From the human T2T-CHM13v2.0 reference genome, Homo sapiens, in NCBI RefSeq assembly GCF_009914755.1, contig NC_060935.1: a stretch of 64,000 bases of DNA; one strand, 5' to 3'. The position numbers and the translations under genes were made by a program. Positions 49,976-64,000 of the stretch are shown one piece after another. Each line of letters begins with the position of its first letter. Positions within the stretch are counted from its first letter, which is position 1. A model generated the notes under the pieces. The model saw only the letters and a list, made by a program, of their open reading frames with translations. It made no database searches and was not told the origin of the DNA.

Positions 49976-52669
49976 ATTGGCCAGGGCATTGACGGCAGAA
50001 TCGTAAGGATCACAGAGACCTCAGGAACATGGCTCTGAAGGATAGAAGCTGAAAATCAGTGTGCTGATATCACCCCTTTTGTCTATGAGGAGTGAATGTC
50101 TCCAATTAGGCTGCATTCAGCAGGCCTGGCAGCCTCCTCTCTCTTGGGATGCAAACTGCTTATGTGGTAGAAACAGGAAGCCGTCTTGAAACCCTCGCCA
50201 GGCCCCAGACGCGCGTGGGTCCACCTACCGTCCATCTACCGGGGTCACTGAGTCACTCCTGCCCAGGTCCCCCTTCAGGGACTGTCGTGGGCTGTGGCCT
50301 CAGAGGTCCCTTACAGGGTGGTGGGACCCAGGGCCCAGGGTTTGGCTCCGGGTTTTTGGGCAGCTCCGCCTTCATACCGAAGGCAGCTTAGCATGGCACT
50401 GTCTGATCTGCTGACAGCCGCGACCCTGCCACCTGCTCAGTGGGATGGCATCTTGGGGGAGCACCTTGGGCAGGGCTGCCCAGAGCCCTGGAACTGGACT
50501 CTCCCTGTGCAGGGCTGATGGGAAGGAGGTGTGTGCAATATGGTGGGAGGAGCCGGGCTGGAGGCTGCAGACTCTGCCTCTGTGCCCGTTCTGGGAAAGC
50601 CCCTGGGCTTGCTGGACCCATTTCTGCCCTTCTGAAAGCGGGAGTTAGACTAGATTGGGGCTTTCAACATTGCTGATATTTTGAACAGCAGAATCCTTAT
50701 CACAAAGCCAATGGAAACAAAGAAGTGATACATTAAAAACACATCGAAGCAAAACCTCCTGGTTGAACTGGCTTCCCTGCCCCTCCAAAGTGGTTCCAAG
50801 GTGCCTCCACAAAGCCTCAGGGCTCTGAGGGTGTTAGGGAAACCACAGGTGTCCACAATGCCTGCCATGCTATGATTTCATCTGGCCGATGTGTCACTTC
50901 AGTATTCTGATGAATTTACCCTACCAGGCCAGTCAGAATCGACTCACTGATGATCAAAAAAGAGAGGACACTTAGAATTAAATTCATTTCTTTGGGCCAG
51001 TCTCCTTTGTCTGCACTTGCTGAGAAGGCATTTATGATGCCAGTGTGACTTATAGTTATCCTGGTAGGTACTGAAGCTTGTAAAGGCCACCTAATCACTT
51101 TGCTTTGGTATTCATTAGTCATTTAACACCTCTAAAGAAAGGAAAGGTGCGGCAGGTTGCGTGTGCGGGAGGGGAGAGGTAGTGTTGGCTTGGACCACAG
51201 CGGGAGGGACCTGGGAAGAGGGAGAAGTTGATGGTCTGGTCACTAATGGTCCTCAGCAGGACAGGCTTCTTTGTCCTTGTCTCCCCCCTCCCTTTTGTCC
51301 TCTTCTCTCTTCCTCTCTCCCTCATTTCTGGCTTCCCTCTTTTTCTCCTTCCTCTTCTCCTCCTCTAATATGGAAGGAACGTTAGACACACATTCCTGTA
51401 GATGCTGGAGTGGAAAGGCAGGTTGGAGGAAATACAAAGATGAAGGACATAGTCAATCTCTTCAAGGAGGTCATGGCCAAGTGTGCAAGGGGACCTCGAA
51501 GAAGCCCAGTGTGACAAGGATTGAGAGGTGTGCTCAAGATGTGCTGAGAGCAGAGGATAGCCCCAGCTCTGCTCTGGGGAGTCAGGGGCAGGGCGGCAGA
51601 TGCTTGGGGTCACATGAACACACAATTGAGCAACAAAACATAGTCACACAGGGCCTGCCTCACACCCAGCACTGGGTGGGTTTTGTGCAGGAGAACTTCT
51701 TGCAGGAGACTTGGAGACAGAAATTCTTTGGGAAGGAGATGGGGTAGCTGCCTTACCAGAGAGAGCGGGATTTCTCAGACACTGCTAACTTCCCACCTCC
51801 ACACAAGCTGATGAGACTGGCTCAGAAAAGGGGTCTGCCCCCAGTGCATAATAATAGCAGTGATAATTAATAATCTATAGTTAATGAGATTAAATTAATT
51901 ATTATTTTAATTATGACATGTTTTCCTCCTCTCTTTCCCCTGCCAGGGCAGGCTTGGCACTTCCCAGGATTACAGTCATAATGGTAACAGATAAACCTTA
52001 ATTAAAACATTCCAAAATACCATGGCTGAGTTAAAGTGCTGTGACACGTCGTTTCCATCTCATTTTGAGATCTTGCCTATGACGGCAAATGTCTCCCCAC
52101 CGTCGGCAGCATCTTGGCCATTCAGAGCTGTTGCCCTCACAGCATTCAGTGATGTTTGCCAGAGTGGCTCCACGCCCCTTGGGGGCAGATGGCCGACCCA
52201 CTGGATCGGGGCCACTGGAGACTTTTTCCCTCATGCTGGGCTCTTCACGTGGCATCCTGTGCCTGCTCAATGCTGAATCTGCTTCCCATGTGCACAGCTT
52301 ACTCCTTTGCTCCACCCGGCTCTGCCTCTGTTCCCTTCACCTGCTTCTTCTCAGGCCAAGGTAGACCTGAGGAAAGGATTGAAAGGATTGTCTACTCTGG
52401 CTCTGTGGGCACTGTTCCTGAGGTGTGAGCAAACCCTGCCTCAGATGGCCCCCGAGTCCATCAGCAGCTCCTTCCCTGTGGTCCGAGTTACTGGCAGGGT
52501 CTCTGCGTTCTGCCTTTGTGTTGAGCTTCTCCTCCACAGCCCACCCACCTGCAGGGGCTTTCTCACGTGTGGCGCGGGTGTGGAGGCAGGTCTCCATGGA
52601 TTGTACGGCTTTCCCAAGGCCTGCTCCAGACTGGTGGCCTTTTTATGGAGGTTAGCATTCTTTTGTTAG

Positions 52670-53236
<567 letters not shown>

Positions 53237-53999
53237 TGAATTTTGAAACATAAGAAGGAGTTATCCAGATGATAAGAGGGGAAGGAAGGTCACATTGAGA
53301 AGAGTCAAATTCAGAAGGCCTGACAGAGATGACATCCCTGGAACTGCAGTAGAGGAGTATGGCTAGAAGGCAGGACAATGAGGATGACAGGCCAGAGGTG
53401 AGGTTGCAAGTGTGGTTGGGGCCAAGACCACAACACGTGTTCAAGGTATGTCTAAGAAGGCTCAAGTTCATGAATGGGTGCATCAAAGAACCACACCCCA
53501 GAAATAAGCTAAGTAACACCTGCAACACTGTCATCAAACGTGCTGAGCCCTGCCTTGCGCCAGGCAGTGAGCTAGTCCTTATTTTCACACCTGGCTTTCT
53601 TGCCTAAGCAAATTCAGAGTCACCCTAACTTGGGTCATTTGCATCACAAAATTGCCTTCAAATTAGCACAGAGAGGGAAAAATCAACGCATACCTCCCAA
53701 CATAACATCCCCAAATTTACCTAGCCCAGAGTTTTAAAAAATTTATATTTTTAACCTTGATACCCAAGAAAGCAGGAAATCTCACCCAGCTGGAAGCTCT
53801 CCTGTAAAGAATTCACAAAAATCCACACCAAAACCTCTAGATATTCCCATGGAGCTGCTAGTTCTGGAAACACTATGGGGGAAATTGCAGGGTTTTCTAT
53901 TAGTTTGAAGGAGGTCTACTTCCTAAGACATTCTTCTGCTACCATCTCTTGCATGCTCAGTTCATTGATTGATAGAGTAAATCATTGATATTTTTCCCC

Positions 54000-54190
54000 A
54001 TTGCTTCATTCAACAAATTTACATTGCACTCTCCTACATGCCAGGCATTGTTTTGGATGCTGGGGATACAAAGATAAGTGCTCTGAGGCCCCTATTCTCA
54101 GAGTGCTCAGTCCAGTGAGAAACTAGAAAAGTCTGCAGGTAATGACAGGCAAAGAGAGATGCGGTGAAATGGCCATGGGAGCACAGCCTT
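54000..54190 (-). mobile_element. L2 3' end
   Basis: 'ttcattcaacaaattt...tgccaggcattgttttggatgctggggatacaaagat'. Confidence 0.7.
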
Positions 54191-55368
54191 GAAGAGACGC
54201 CTGTGCAAGGCACAGGCTCCACTGCCAGCGAGGGAGAAAGCCCTCCTAGGCCCGAAGCAGCAAAAGAAAGCATCTAGAAAAAGGAAATAAAGGGCTGTAG
54301 GTGTATCAAAGGTATTCCAGTGCCAGTTAAATTTGAGAGAGAAATCATTTTATTTACGAAAATGTCAAGGGGAAGAAGATGCATAACTTCTTTAGGAACG
54401 ACTCCTGCCTCTGCTAGTATGTCAATTCCGAGAGGCCTAAAATAATTTGGGCTTGAAGATGGATGGAGGTGGAGAGCTTGGCCTTATTGCCAACACTGTA
54501 AATTAGCAGTACCAAGAGCAGCCTGTCCCACTTCTGGTCTCTGGCTACCTCTTCACCCAGCTCTGGCCACAGTCAGGTGATCTCTGATGAGTGCATTCAA
54601 TCACCTTCCTTTTCCATTTGGAACATGATTGTGTGCATGCTGTACATAAGCGATATTGATTGCAAATAAGTTGTTGACTGGAAGACATGCCTCTGTGGAC
54701 ATGTTTGGGTGGGGGATAGAGGGGAAATAAAATTAAAAAGAGAGTAAGAAAACACCTATGGCCCCCAGTTGGAAACTTCTCAAATATTTGAAGCTAACAA
54801 TGTTTTGGTTGCCTATTTCTTTTTTCTTTTTTTTCTAGGAGCTAAACGTCAATATTGCATTTATTGCTGAACAAACTAAAATCATAACAAATATAATAAA
54901 AGGAGAGAGTTAGCCTCAGCTTTCTGCAGAGAATGATTGGCACTTTTGAGCCCTGGATTGGTTGGGCCTTTATCTTAGCTGCGTCAGCTCATAATTAAAC
55001 AATAAAAGGAGGAATTGTTACTTGCTTGGAATATATACAGTCAGTTTTCTGTAAGGTGGGGGCAGTGTGTATTTTATAAGCCCTGTTGCTGTCCCAGTTT
55101 TCTGTAAGAAGGGAAATGTGGGTATTTTATAAACTCTCTTCTTGTCTCTGTCAGTTCTAAAAGACTGAGAGATGACATGATAGCTGTCACAAGAAATTTC
55201 TGCTTAATAACAATGAACACTCAGAGCTCTTTAGGCCCTGAAGAGGAATGGGAAGATGATGAGGGAGGAGGAAATAAAAGCAAGAAAATGGTAGGACAGG
55301 AAGATTTTTTTTTTCCGCTCTCAATCTTGTCTTTGTTTGGCTGACCATAGAGCAGCTATGTAGAACTA

Positions 55369-55387
55369 TGTGTGTGTGTGTAAGGGG

Positions 55388-55432
<45 letters not shown>
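55369..55432. repeat. compound (TG)n-(GA)n microsatellite
   Basis: seen directly. Confidence 0.95.
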
Positions 55433-55437
<5 letters not shown>

Positions 55438-57174
55438 GTAATAACGTATTGAGCATGAGCTGCCTGATCTTTGCCAGGTGATAAACTGGCCCACTGTGAT
55501 CTTGCAGGAAACATCAACAGTCTGAGAATTGTTGTTTCAGGAACTAGAAAGAATCCTGGAAATAGTTAAGAAAGACGATTTTCCAATGGCCAATACCTTC
55601 TCCCAGTGGCTTGTGAGATTAAGATTTGGTATTGGAATTTGTCCCATCTCGACTTGGAAGAATGAGACACCTTGGAAGATGAGGCTGACCAGGCCATGGA
55701 GCTGCCCAGACCCCCTGGGAGCCCAGAGTCCCCATCCTTGCATCTCATGATCTATCATTTAACAGCCCTGTCCAAAGTGCTTGCTGGAGATCACAGGGCT
55801 AGGCCACTTCTGCTCCTTGCAAGCTCCAAAGAGGAGGTCTCCTATGCACCCGAGGAGGATGAGTCTTCAGAGTTTCCAGCTGCCTTCTTGTCACCTGGCT
55901 CTACCTTACCTTGACACTCCCAAGTGTAGACATGCCTGATTATTCTATCCAAACCCAGCCAGGAGATGGGAAGAGACATCTTGTTAGCCAGTTGCTCTGG
56001 TAGCCTGCATTGCAAGGGCCTGGCTTTTACGCAGTTTCGCTTCAAGTCAGTGCAACTAGCTACCTGTCTTCCTGTCACTTTTCTTTGGCCACCTGGGTCT
56101 CAGCAGAGGCCCTCCCAAGACTGACAGGTTAGCACGGAAGGTATAATCTGCTAGTCAGATTTCACATGGCTGCACAGAGAATCGGTGCCCTTGGCAGGTA
56201 AGTGAATAAATATGGGAAGACATTTGCTATTAACTGCAAATGGCAAGCAGCATCTTAGAAAGCTAGTTAGTGAAACAGGGATGGGAGTGTGAGAGTTGAT
56301 GCTTCTTTTAGACCCTATTTGTCTCCCGGCCTCACACTGCCTTCCTCTTGCTCAGACTTTCCCTCTTGCAGTATCTCCTAAGTCACTGGAGGAGGCCCGA
56401 GAAGAAAGCCACGACCCCCATTTGTGTGACTGAGATGTTTTCCCAGCGTCAGTCTCTCAACCTCCCCAGTTTCAGCTGCACTACTTCAGAATGGGACCTC
56501 TCCTGGCTTTATCTGTAGTGCGGACTATGTGTAAGATCACTGGCAGTGAGTGTTTATGCGCCTTAATTCATGTATGTGCTGATAGCTTATACCCCATCTC
56601 TGTATTCTCCATCAGAAACCCACACCCCAGCAGGGAAATTCTTTGAAGCCTAAATACTTAACCATTTCTTTGGCTCCAGGGAATGTTTGAAAGAAATTAG
56701 TTCTAAGCAGGGTTTTTTTTTTTTTTTTTCCCATTAGTTTCAGAGCAGTTTTAGGGCAAGAAAAATAATCCCCCTTCCCTCAGTGGATGGATAATGATGG
56801 GAAGTCACCTCCCTTCCCCTGGGATTAACCTAGAAGGGCTCTGGTTGGGAAAATGTTACCTGGTTCTTTGGGGAAGGATGACGGTTTTGTGCCTTATATT
56901 TTGGGGTTTTCTGGGTGTCCCTAGGTAACCATCTGTGAGAGCATCTTGGGCTTGGAGTTTTTGTCACTGTGAACACCTTCTGTGGACTCAGGTGAATTCT
57001 CCAGTTGGCAAAAGAGGGAATGCAGGCTTCGCTGACTAATCCCTGAACCAGCTAAGGACAAGGCCTTAGAAAGTTTCGTCTACAATAAAGAAGCTTTTAT
57101 CTGATGTCGAGGAATCTTTACCAGTAGCTGCTGTCGTGAATACAAGTGCACCTTTATGGCCCACAGTAAGCACT

Positions 57175-57365
57175 GGGGGATTTTCTGTGAAATCCTTGTC
57201 ATTTCTTTTACCCATTTTCCTAGGAAGTGAGTTGTGCTCTTGTATATGCTCTTCACACTGTGCGAAGTCAGTTACGTGTGTGGCAAAGAACTTGCCTTGG
57301 TTTCTAACTTGTTTTACACTTTCTTTGCAGTGTCTTGATGAACAGAAGTTCTTATTTGGATTAAA
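57175..57365 (-). mobile_element. inverted L1 ORF2 segment
   Basis: minus strand reads 'aagaacttctgttcatcaagacac...tttgccacacacgtaactgac...aaaatgggtaaaagaaatgacaaggatttcacaga', an L1 ORF2 3' region. Confidence 0.7.
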
Positions 57366-58150
57366 GAAACACATATGGTCAATAAACATATGATGGGATG
57401 TTCAACCTCATTAATGATCAGGGAAATGCATATCAAGGGCACAAGAGATACCAATCTCACCCACTCGGCTGTTAAGAGTATGGAAGTATGACAATATCGG
57501 GTGTTGGAGGGAGTGTGGATCTGCAGAAGGTTTTGTGCAGTGCTGATGGGAAGGAGAAATTGTACAGCCACTTTGTCATGATCTCGTAAAGTTGATCATT
57601 CAAATGCTCCATCATCCATCAATCCCACTCTTAGGAAGTCAGACAAGGGCAACTCTCTCTCACGTATACCAGCAGACATGTATGAGAACGGTCATTTCAG
57701 CACTATTTATATAAAGCAAAACTTGGGGGCAATACAAATGTTCTCTGACAGGAGACTGGATCAATATATTGTGGTGTGCCTATTTAATGGAATAATAAAC
57801 CTCAGTCAAAATGAATGAACAATAGTCCCATGCAACAATATGAATTAGTTTTAGCAGCAGAATTCAAGTGCAAAAAGTCTCAGAAGAATGCATATTGCAT
57901 GATACCCTTTGTAGACGGTTAAAATAAATCCAAACTGAAAATTCTTCTTTTTTTAAAAAAAATATATGTAGCAGTAGTAAAACTTTGTTTGAAAAAAGGG
58001 AAAGCAAGTCAATGATGAACATAAGATTCGAGAAAGTGCTTAGTTACTTTGGGTAGAGGAAGAGAAAGGATGCATTGAAGATTGATGTTGCTACTCTAGT
58101 TTTCTTGTTTGTTTGGTAATTTAAAGAATGTTTATTATAGTACTGAAGAG
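57366..58150 (+). mobile_element. L1ME/MD-like LINE-1 3' fragment
   Basis: 'atatggtcaataaacatatgatgggatgttcaacctcattaatgatcagggaaatgca...aaattgtacagccacttt...aaaatgaatgaac'. Confidence 0.75.
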
Positions 58151-58164
58151 AAATACATAAATAC

Positions 58165-58896
58165 AGCAATAAAAAATCAAATAACCAGATTTAAAAAAAA
58201 TGGGAAAAGGACTTGAATAGACATTTCTCCAAAGATGATTTACAAATGGCCAAGAAGCATATGGAAAGATGTTAAACATCACTAATCATCAGAGATTTGC
58301 AAATCGAAATGATAGTGAGGTATCACCTCACACCCATTACGATAGCCACTATAGAGAAAAGCCAGAATATAGCAAATGTCGGTAAGAGCGTGGAGAAATT
58401 GGGACCCTTGTGCACTGTTGGTGGTGTTGTAAAATGGTGCAACTGCTATGGATAACACAATGAAGGTTCCTTAAAAAATTAAAAATAGGACCACCATCTG
58501 ATGCAGCAGTTCCACTTCTGAGTAGACATCCAGAAACATTAAAAGCAGGGTGTCGATTCGCACACCCACGTTCACAGCCACACTATTCACAATAAATAGC
58601 TAAGAGGTGGAAATAGGCTGGGCACGGTGGTTCAGGCCTGTAATCCTAGCACTTTCGGAAGCCAAGGCAGGAAGATCACTTGAGGTCAGGAGTTCGAGAC
58701 CAGTCTGGCCAACATGGAGAAACCCTGCGTCTATTAAAAATACAAAAATTAGCTGGGTGTGGTGGCACACACCTGTAGTCTCAGCTCCTCAGGAGGCTGA
58801 GGCAGGAGGATCACTTGAACCCATGAGGCGGAGGTTGCAGTGAGCTAAGACTGCACCAATGCACTCCAGCCTGGGTGACAGACCAAGACTCTGTCT

Positions 58897-58929
<33 letters not shown>

Positions 58930-59190
58930 AGGTGGAAACAACCCAAGTATTCATCAATGATGAATGGATAAACAAAATATAGCATATACATACAATGGAA
59001 TATTCTTCAGCTTTAAAAAGGAAGGAAAACCTTCCATATGCTACAACATAGATGAACCTTGAAGACATTACGCTAAGTGAAACAAGCCAGTCACAAAAGG
59101 ACAAATATTGTATGACTTCACATCTATGAGGGTCTAACATGGTCAGATTCATAGAAAAAACAGAAAGTAGGATGTTGATTACTAGGGACA
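58165..59190 (+). mobile_element. L1MB/MA-like LINE-1 3' fragment interrupted by an Alu
   Basis: 'aaatgggaaaaggacttgaatagacatttctccaaaga...ggagaaattgggacccttgtgcactgttggtgg...gaaacaagccagtcacaaaaggacaaatattgtatga'. Confidence 0.85.
58616..58926 (+). mobile_element. Alu (old S/J type)
   Basis: full Alu with ~29-nt A-tail; TSD 'gaggtggaaa' on both sides. Confidence 0.93.
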
Positions 59191-59194
59191 GGTG

Positions 59195-59925
<731 letters not shown>

Positions 59926-59962
59926 TTACATCTGTATGCACATGCATGTGAGTGCCTGTGAC

Positions 59963-59991
<29 letters not shown>
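59963..59991. repeat. (CA)n microsatellite
   Basis: seen directly. Confidence 0.95.
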
Positions 59992-59993
<2 letters not shown>

Positions 59994-61343
59994 ATAGTCA
60001 GAGGAAGCCTCAAATCAGGCTGAGTTTCCGAAGGGAAAATCTCATTTGTCCACCAGTGATAGCGTATGTAGCCTTCTACATTAATGTAAATTGAGGCAGG
60101 ATTACCTTCTAGTGATAAAGTCGCATCTGGTAGCAGAGAAAAAGTGAGTGGAAACGGACACATTTCCAATCAGGCTCTGGCCTGGGCTGCAGCCCCACTC
60201 CGCTGAACACCTAGATACACCTTTTTAAAACCCAGGATCCTTCGGGCTCAGCCTCCTAGTCCTTGCCCCTTCCCCAGATCCCACCCCTGTCTGCCCACCT
60301 TGTCTTCTCGGGCCCTCAAAACTTAAGCCAGAAGTCTGGGCAGGCCAGTAGAGGAAGGAGCTGGGGCCCAGGCAGCCACAGGTTGAAGAGGCGGAGGGAA
60401 GCGGCACAGCTCACAGTCACACTAGGACAACTTGGAAGTTGAATTGGCAAGTTGCAGCAGGAGATGGGAGCATGGGCTCCATCCCTAAGGGAGCCACATT
60501 CGTTTTTTTTCCTTTCAAAGTCGTCAGGCAGTAAAAGAAAATTGCAGGGATGGGGAAATAATGAAAAAGGCTCTTTGTTTTTCCCCCAGTCCGAACTCCT
60601 AGCTCATCAAACCTTGGAAATGCTCACTGCAAATGGTTGTTCTTGTTTTATTGCTTATTTATGGGAATCTATTTAAAGTGAATTGCACTTTTCCATTGTA
60701 TCCTAGTGAGCGTGCACCGGAGTTGTGTCTCCCCTGGCTGTGGGGCTGTCTGGACTGGGGATTCTGTCTGATTGTGTCAGCATCACGCTCCGTGACATTT
60801 AAAAGTGGGGAAGGAAAATACTGCAGAGGAAGCAGGGCGAGCGTGGAGAATGATTGCTCAGGCCTCCATCAGCTCCAGGCGGGTGTGGGGAATGCTGTTC
60901 TAGGGCAGGTTTGGGGGTGCTGACTAGGCCTTCACACAAAGAGGAATCTGCTCTTGTGGATGAATGAATGGCGGTGACAAATCAAACTTTAATCTGGCTC
61001 TGCTGTAAGCATTGTGACCTTAGGGCAGGTACTGACTTCTATGAGCCACCTTTTTTAAAAAAAATTCTCTACAGAGAGGTGAATACTGGGCTGTTGTTAA
61101 TAATGATGATGGAATTCATTATATATATGAGAGTGCTTACTCAGTATCAGGTAGATGCTCACTAAATGTAAAACTCCCTTATAAGGGTGGCTGGAATGGG
61201 GACTGGAAGAGACAGGTAAGTCCCCAACCTATCTTCATTTTCTTAACCTATGCCTTTTGACTCAAAAAGAATGAAGGCTCCCTCACTCCTTTGCTTTGAT
61301 TGGGAGATGAGATGCGAGTCTCAATGCCTAGAATGCTCTATAG

Positions 61344-61555
61344 CAGGGGTCAGCAAACTGGCTGAATCGGGCTGCTGTTCTGGTAGCTAAAGCATTATGG
61401 GAACCCATCCCTCACCCCCTTCTGTCTGCGAGCCATCTATGACAGCTTTCCTGCTACAGCGGCAGAGCAGGATAGCTATGAAAGAGACCGTGGGGCCCAC
61501 AAAGCCGAAAGTATTTACTTTTTGGCCCTTTACAGAAAAAGTTTGCCAATCCCTG
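61344..61555 (+). mobile_element. MER58A hAT DNA transposon
   Basis: 'caggggtcagcaaact...ggcccacaaagccgaaagtatttactttttggccctttacagaaaaagtttgccaatccctg'. Confidence 0.85.
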
Positions 61556-62329
61556 CTCTAATTCATTGGTATTTTGGGGTTCTCTTATCTGTGTGATCAG
61601 AAGGTCTGAGCCTCAGAGAAAGGAAGCAGCAACTTGTCCAAGATCACAAAGTTAGTGTTTGAGTTAGAACTGCAATCAGGTTTCCCAATTCCTGGCCCAG
61701 TGCTTTTCCATTGTTTAACTGTACCATTTCACAGAGATCCCAAAGCCATTGGGATTAGCTTTACCAAAAAAAAAAAAAAAAAAAAAAAAGAGTCTCTAAG
61801 TCACGTGGCATCTGAGCTCCATGTGATTGGTAAAGTTGGCATTAGTCCCTGCCACATTTCCCAAGTCCCCACCTTCTCTGCTCACCACACCGCTGTCTCT
61901 CCAGGCTCAGCAAATACTTCTAGAGACACCGGTGTGTCCTTGTTCTGAAACCTTTGTGAGTCAGCTGCATTGACTCCTGCTCCAGGATGACGAGGGCCAA
62001 TTCCTTGATGAAGGGCCATCTGCCTGTGTCTGGCTGCCTGTCTGTGAGCTTTCGTGTCTTGGGGGCTCTGCTGCATTGCAAGAAGGAGCTGGGACAGAGC
62101 TCTGAGAGAGGGGAAGGAGGCAGGGAGAGGGAGTTTGATTCCTGAAGAATCTTCCTTTTCCCATGAAGACAAGCAAGCTGATGGCCAGCGTAGAGCCACA
62201 GCCTGGAAAACTTTATTTTTAAATTTATTTTTGGTGGGGAAAGAGTTGGGTTAGCTCTAATTTACGGCAACCTCCCCAGTTCCCTGACACTGCTGCCTCC
62301 TCATATGCTTTGCTAAGAAAACCTGGATG

Positions 62330-62656
<327 letters not shown>

Positions 62657-63164
62657 TTATTGCTTAATTAACCCTTCTCCCTTTCTTTGACCCTTCTCCT
62701 CCTTGGTTGCCTTGTGTGGTTGATGGTGACATCATCCATCCAATTTCTTATCCTGTAACTTCCAAGTTACCCTTAACTCCTGCCTTTGCCCAATCCCCAG
62801 CCTTCTATGAGATACCACATGCAGCCTGCAAACTCCCACAGCTGTACGCAGGCATGTGGCCTCTTGCCTCGACATCTGGCCCCACCGTCCAACCCACCTT
62901 TCAGCCTCCAGGCAGGTCCTCACCTCTGCCATCCTCCACGTGATCCCCAAACGTTGCTGATCAACACACCACAGCTGGAATCCACAGAGGCGCCACAGTA
63001 CCGAAAGGGTGGCTCAAACCACATCGCATGGCTCATAAGGCCCTTGGCGAGTTGACATCAGGCTCCCTCTCTCCCAAAGCCACACCGTCTTCCTGCAGGC
63101 ACCGCCAGTGGACACACCGAACACCCCTCTTGTCCAAACACACTGCAGCTCCCTACATACAAAG

Positions 63165-63370
63165 GGCAGGAGCTAGACTGTGGAATGAGGTTGACTAGCG
63201 CTTACATCCAGACACTACTGTACCACTTGCTTTCCGGGCAGATTATCTTCCCTTTCTGAGTCTCAGTTTCTTCATCTGTATTAATGGAGATGACCTAAGA
63301 GCTGCCCTGAGGATTAAGTGGTATAATGCACTTAAACATGACAAAAAAAATGCACTAAATAAGTGTCATC
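63165..63370 (+). mobile_element. MIR
   Basis: 'ctgagtctcagtttcttcatctgtattaatggagatga...tgaggattaagtggtataatgca'. Confidence 0.7.
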
Positions 63371-64000
63371 TCCTTCCTTTCCAGCCTCTGCCTGCACAAA
63401 CCCACTGTTCTTTCGCTCAGGGTGCTCTGCCCTGCGACTCAGCCTCCTTCGGGCTGCGGCTTAGCATGTTCCCCTCAGCCTCCTTGCAAATGAAGGCTTA
63501 GTCACTTCCTCCGCTGGTCCCCCAGACCTGTGTTCACCTGGCTCACAGCCCTCCTTAATTACAATTGTAATTGTTTATGTGCTTGTTTATGCGGGAGATG
63601 ACAGGACTACAAGAAGGCGGGACTTCCTCTATTGCCCTAGGCCCTGGGGTGAACTGCAGCCAGCACTGGCCTTGCCGGCTCACTGCACAGGGTGGGCACT
63701 TAGTCCCTGACTTGGACAAGCCACTCAACCCCTAGGAACCTGTTTTCTTATCTAGAACATGAGGGTAATAGTTCCCAGTTGCCAAAGCTTTTCCCACAGA
63801 CCCTGACTCAGAGGAGATATTCAATGAATGCTGGTTCTACTCTACCTTTCCAGGGCTAAGTCCTACGACTGTGACACAACTGATGCTCAGTGGCTCTTTG
63901 TTTAATGAATGAATACATGAATAGTGATTAGAGATGAGGCCCCAGGACCTATAGCTTTAGATCCAAAAGAGGTCAGAAGATTTAGACCAACCCTAATAAC

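Overview
Primate (human-like) non-coding genomic DNA, intronic or intergenic. No protein-coding gene, tRNA, rRNA or CRISPR array is supported. The listed ORFs are chance ORFs or translations of Alu, L1, L2 and THE1 repeats. The window is dense in interspersed repeats: about ten Alus/FLAM, a complete THE1A MaLR provirus with target-site duplication (TSD), several MST/MLT1 solo LTRs with clean 5-bp TSDs, old L1M fragments, many MIR/L2 pieces, hAT MER elements and microsatellites. The most striking signal is an Alu at 23125-23438 with about 24 strand-specific A>G changes. These mostly spare A after G, and several newly created CpGs have since decayed to TpG, which fits ADAR hyper-editing of the Alu RNA fixed into the germline genome at retrotransposition. 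Other notable features: a 20-bp locally templated insertion, an L1 5' inversion (twin priming), a nearly intact MaLR internal ORF, and several candidate enhancer, CTCF and G4 elements. Repeat names come from my recollection of consensus sequences, not a database search. Boundaries of old repeats are approximate, and the locus could not be identified.
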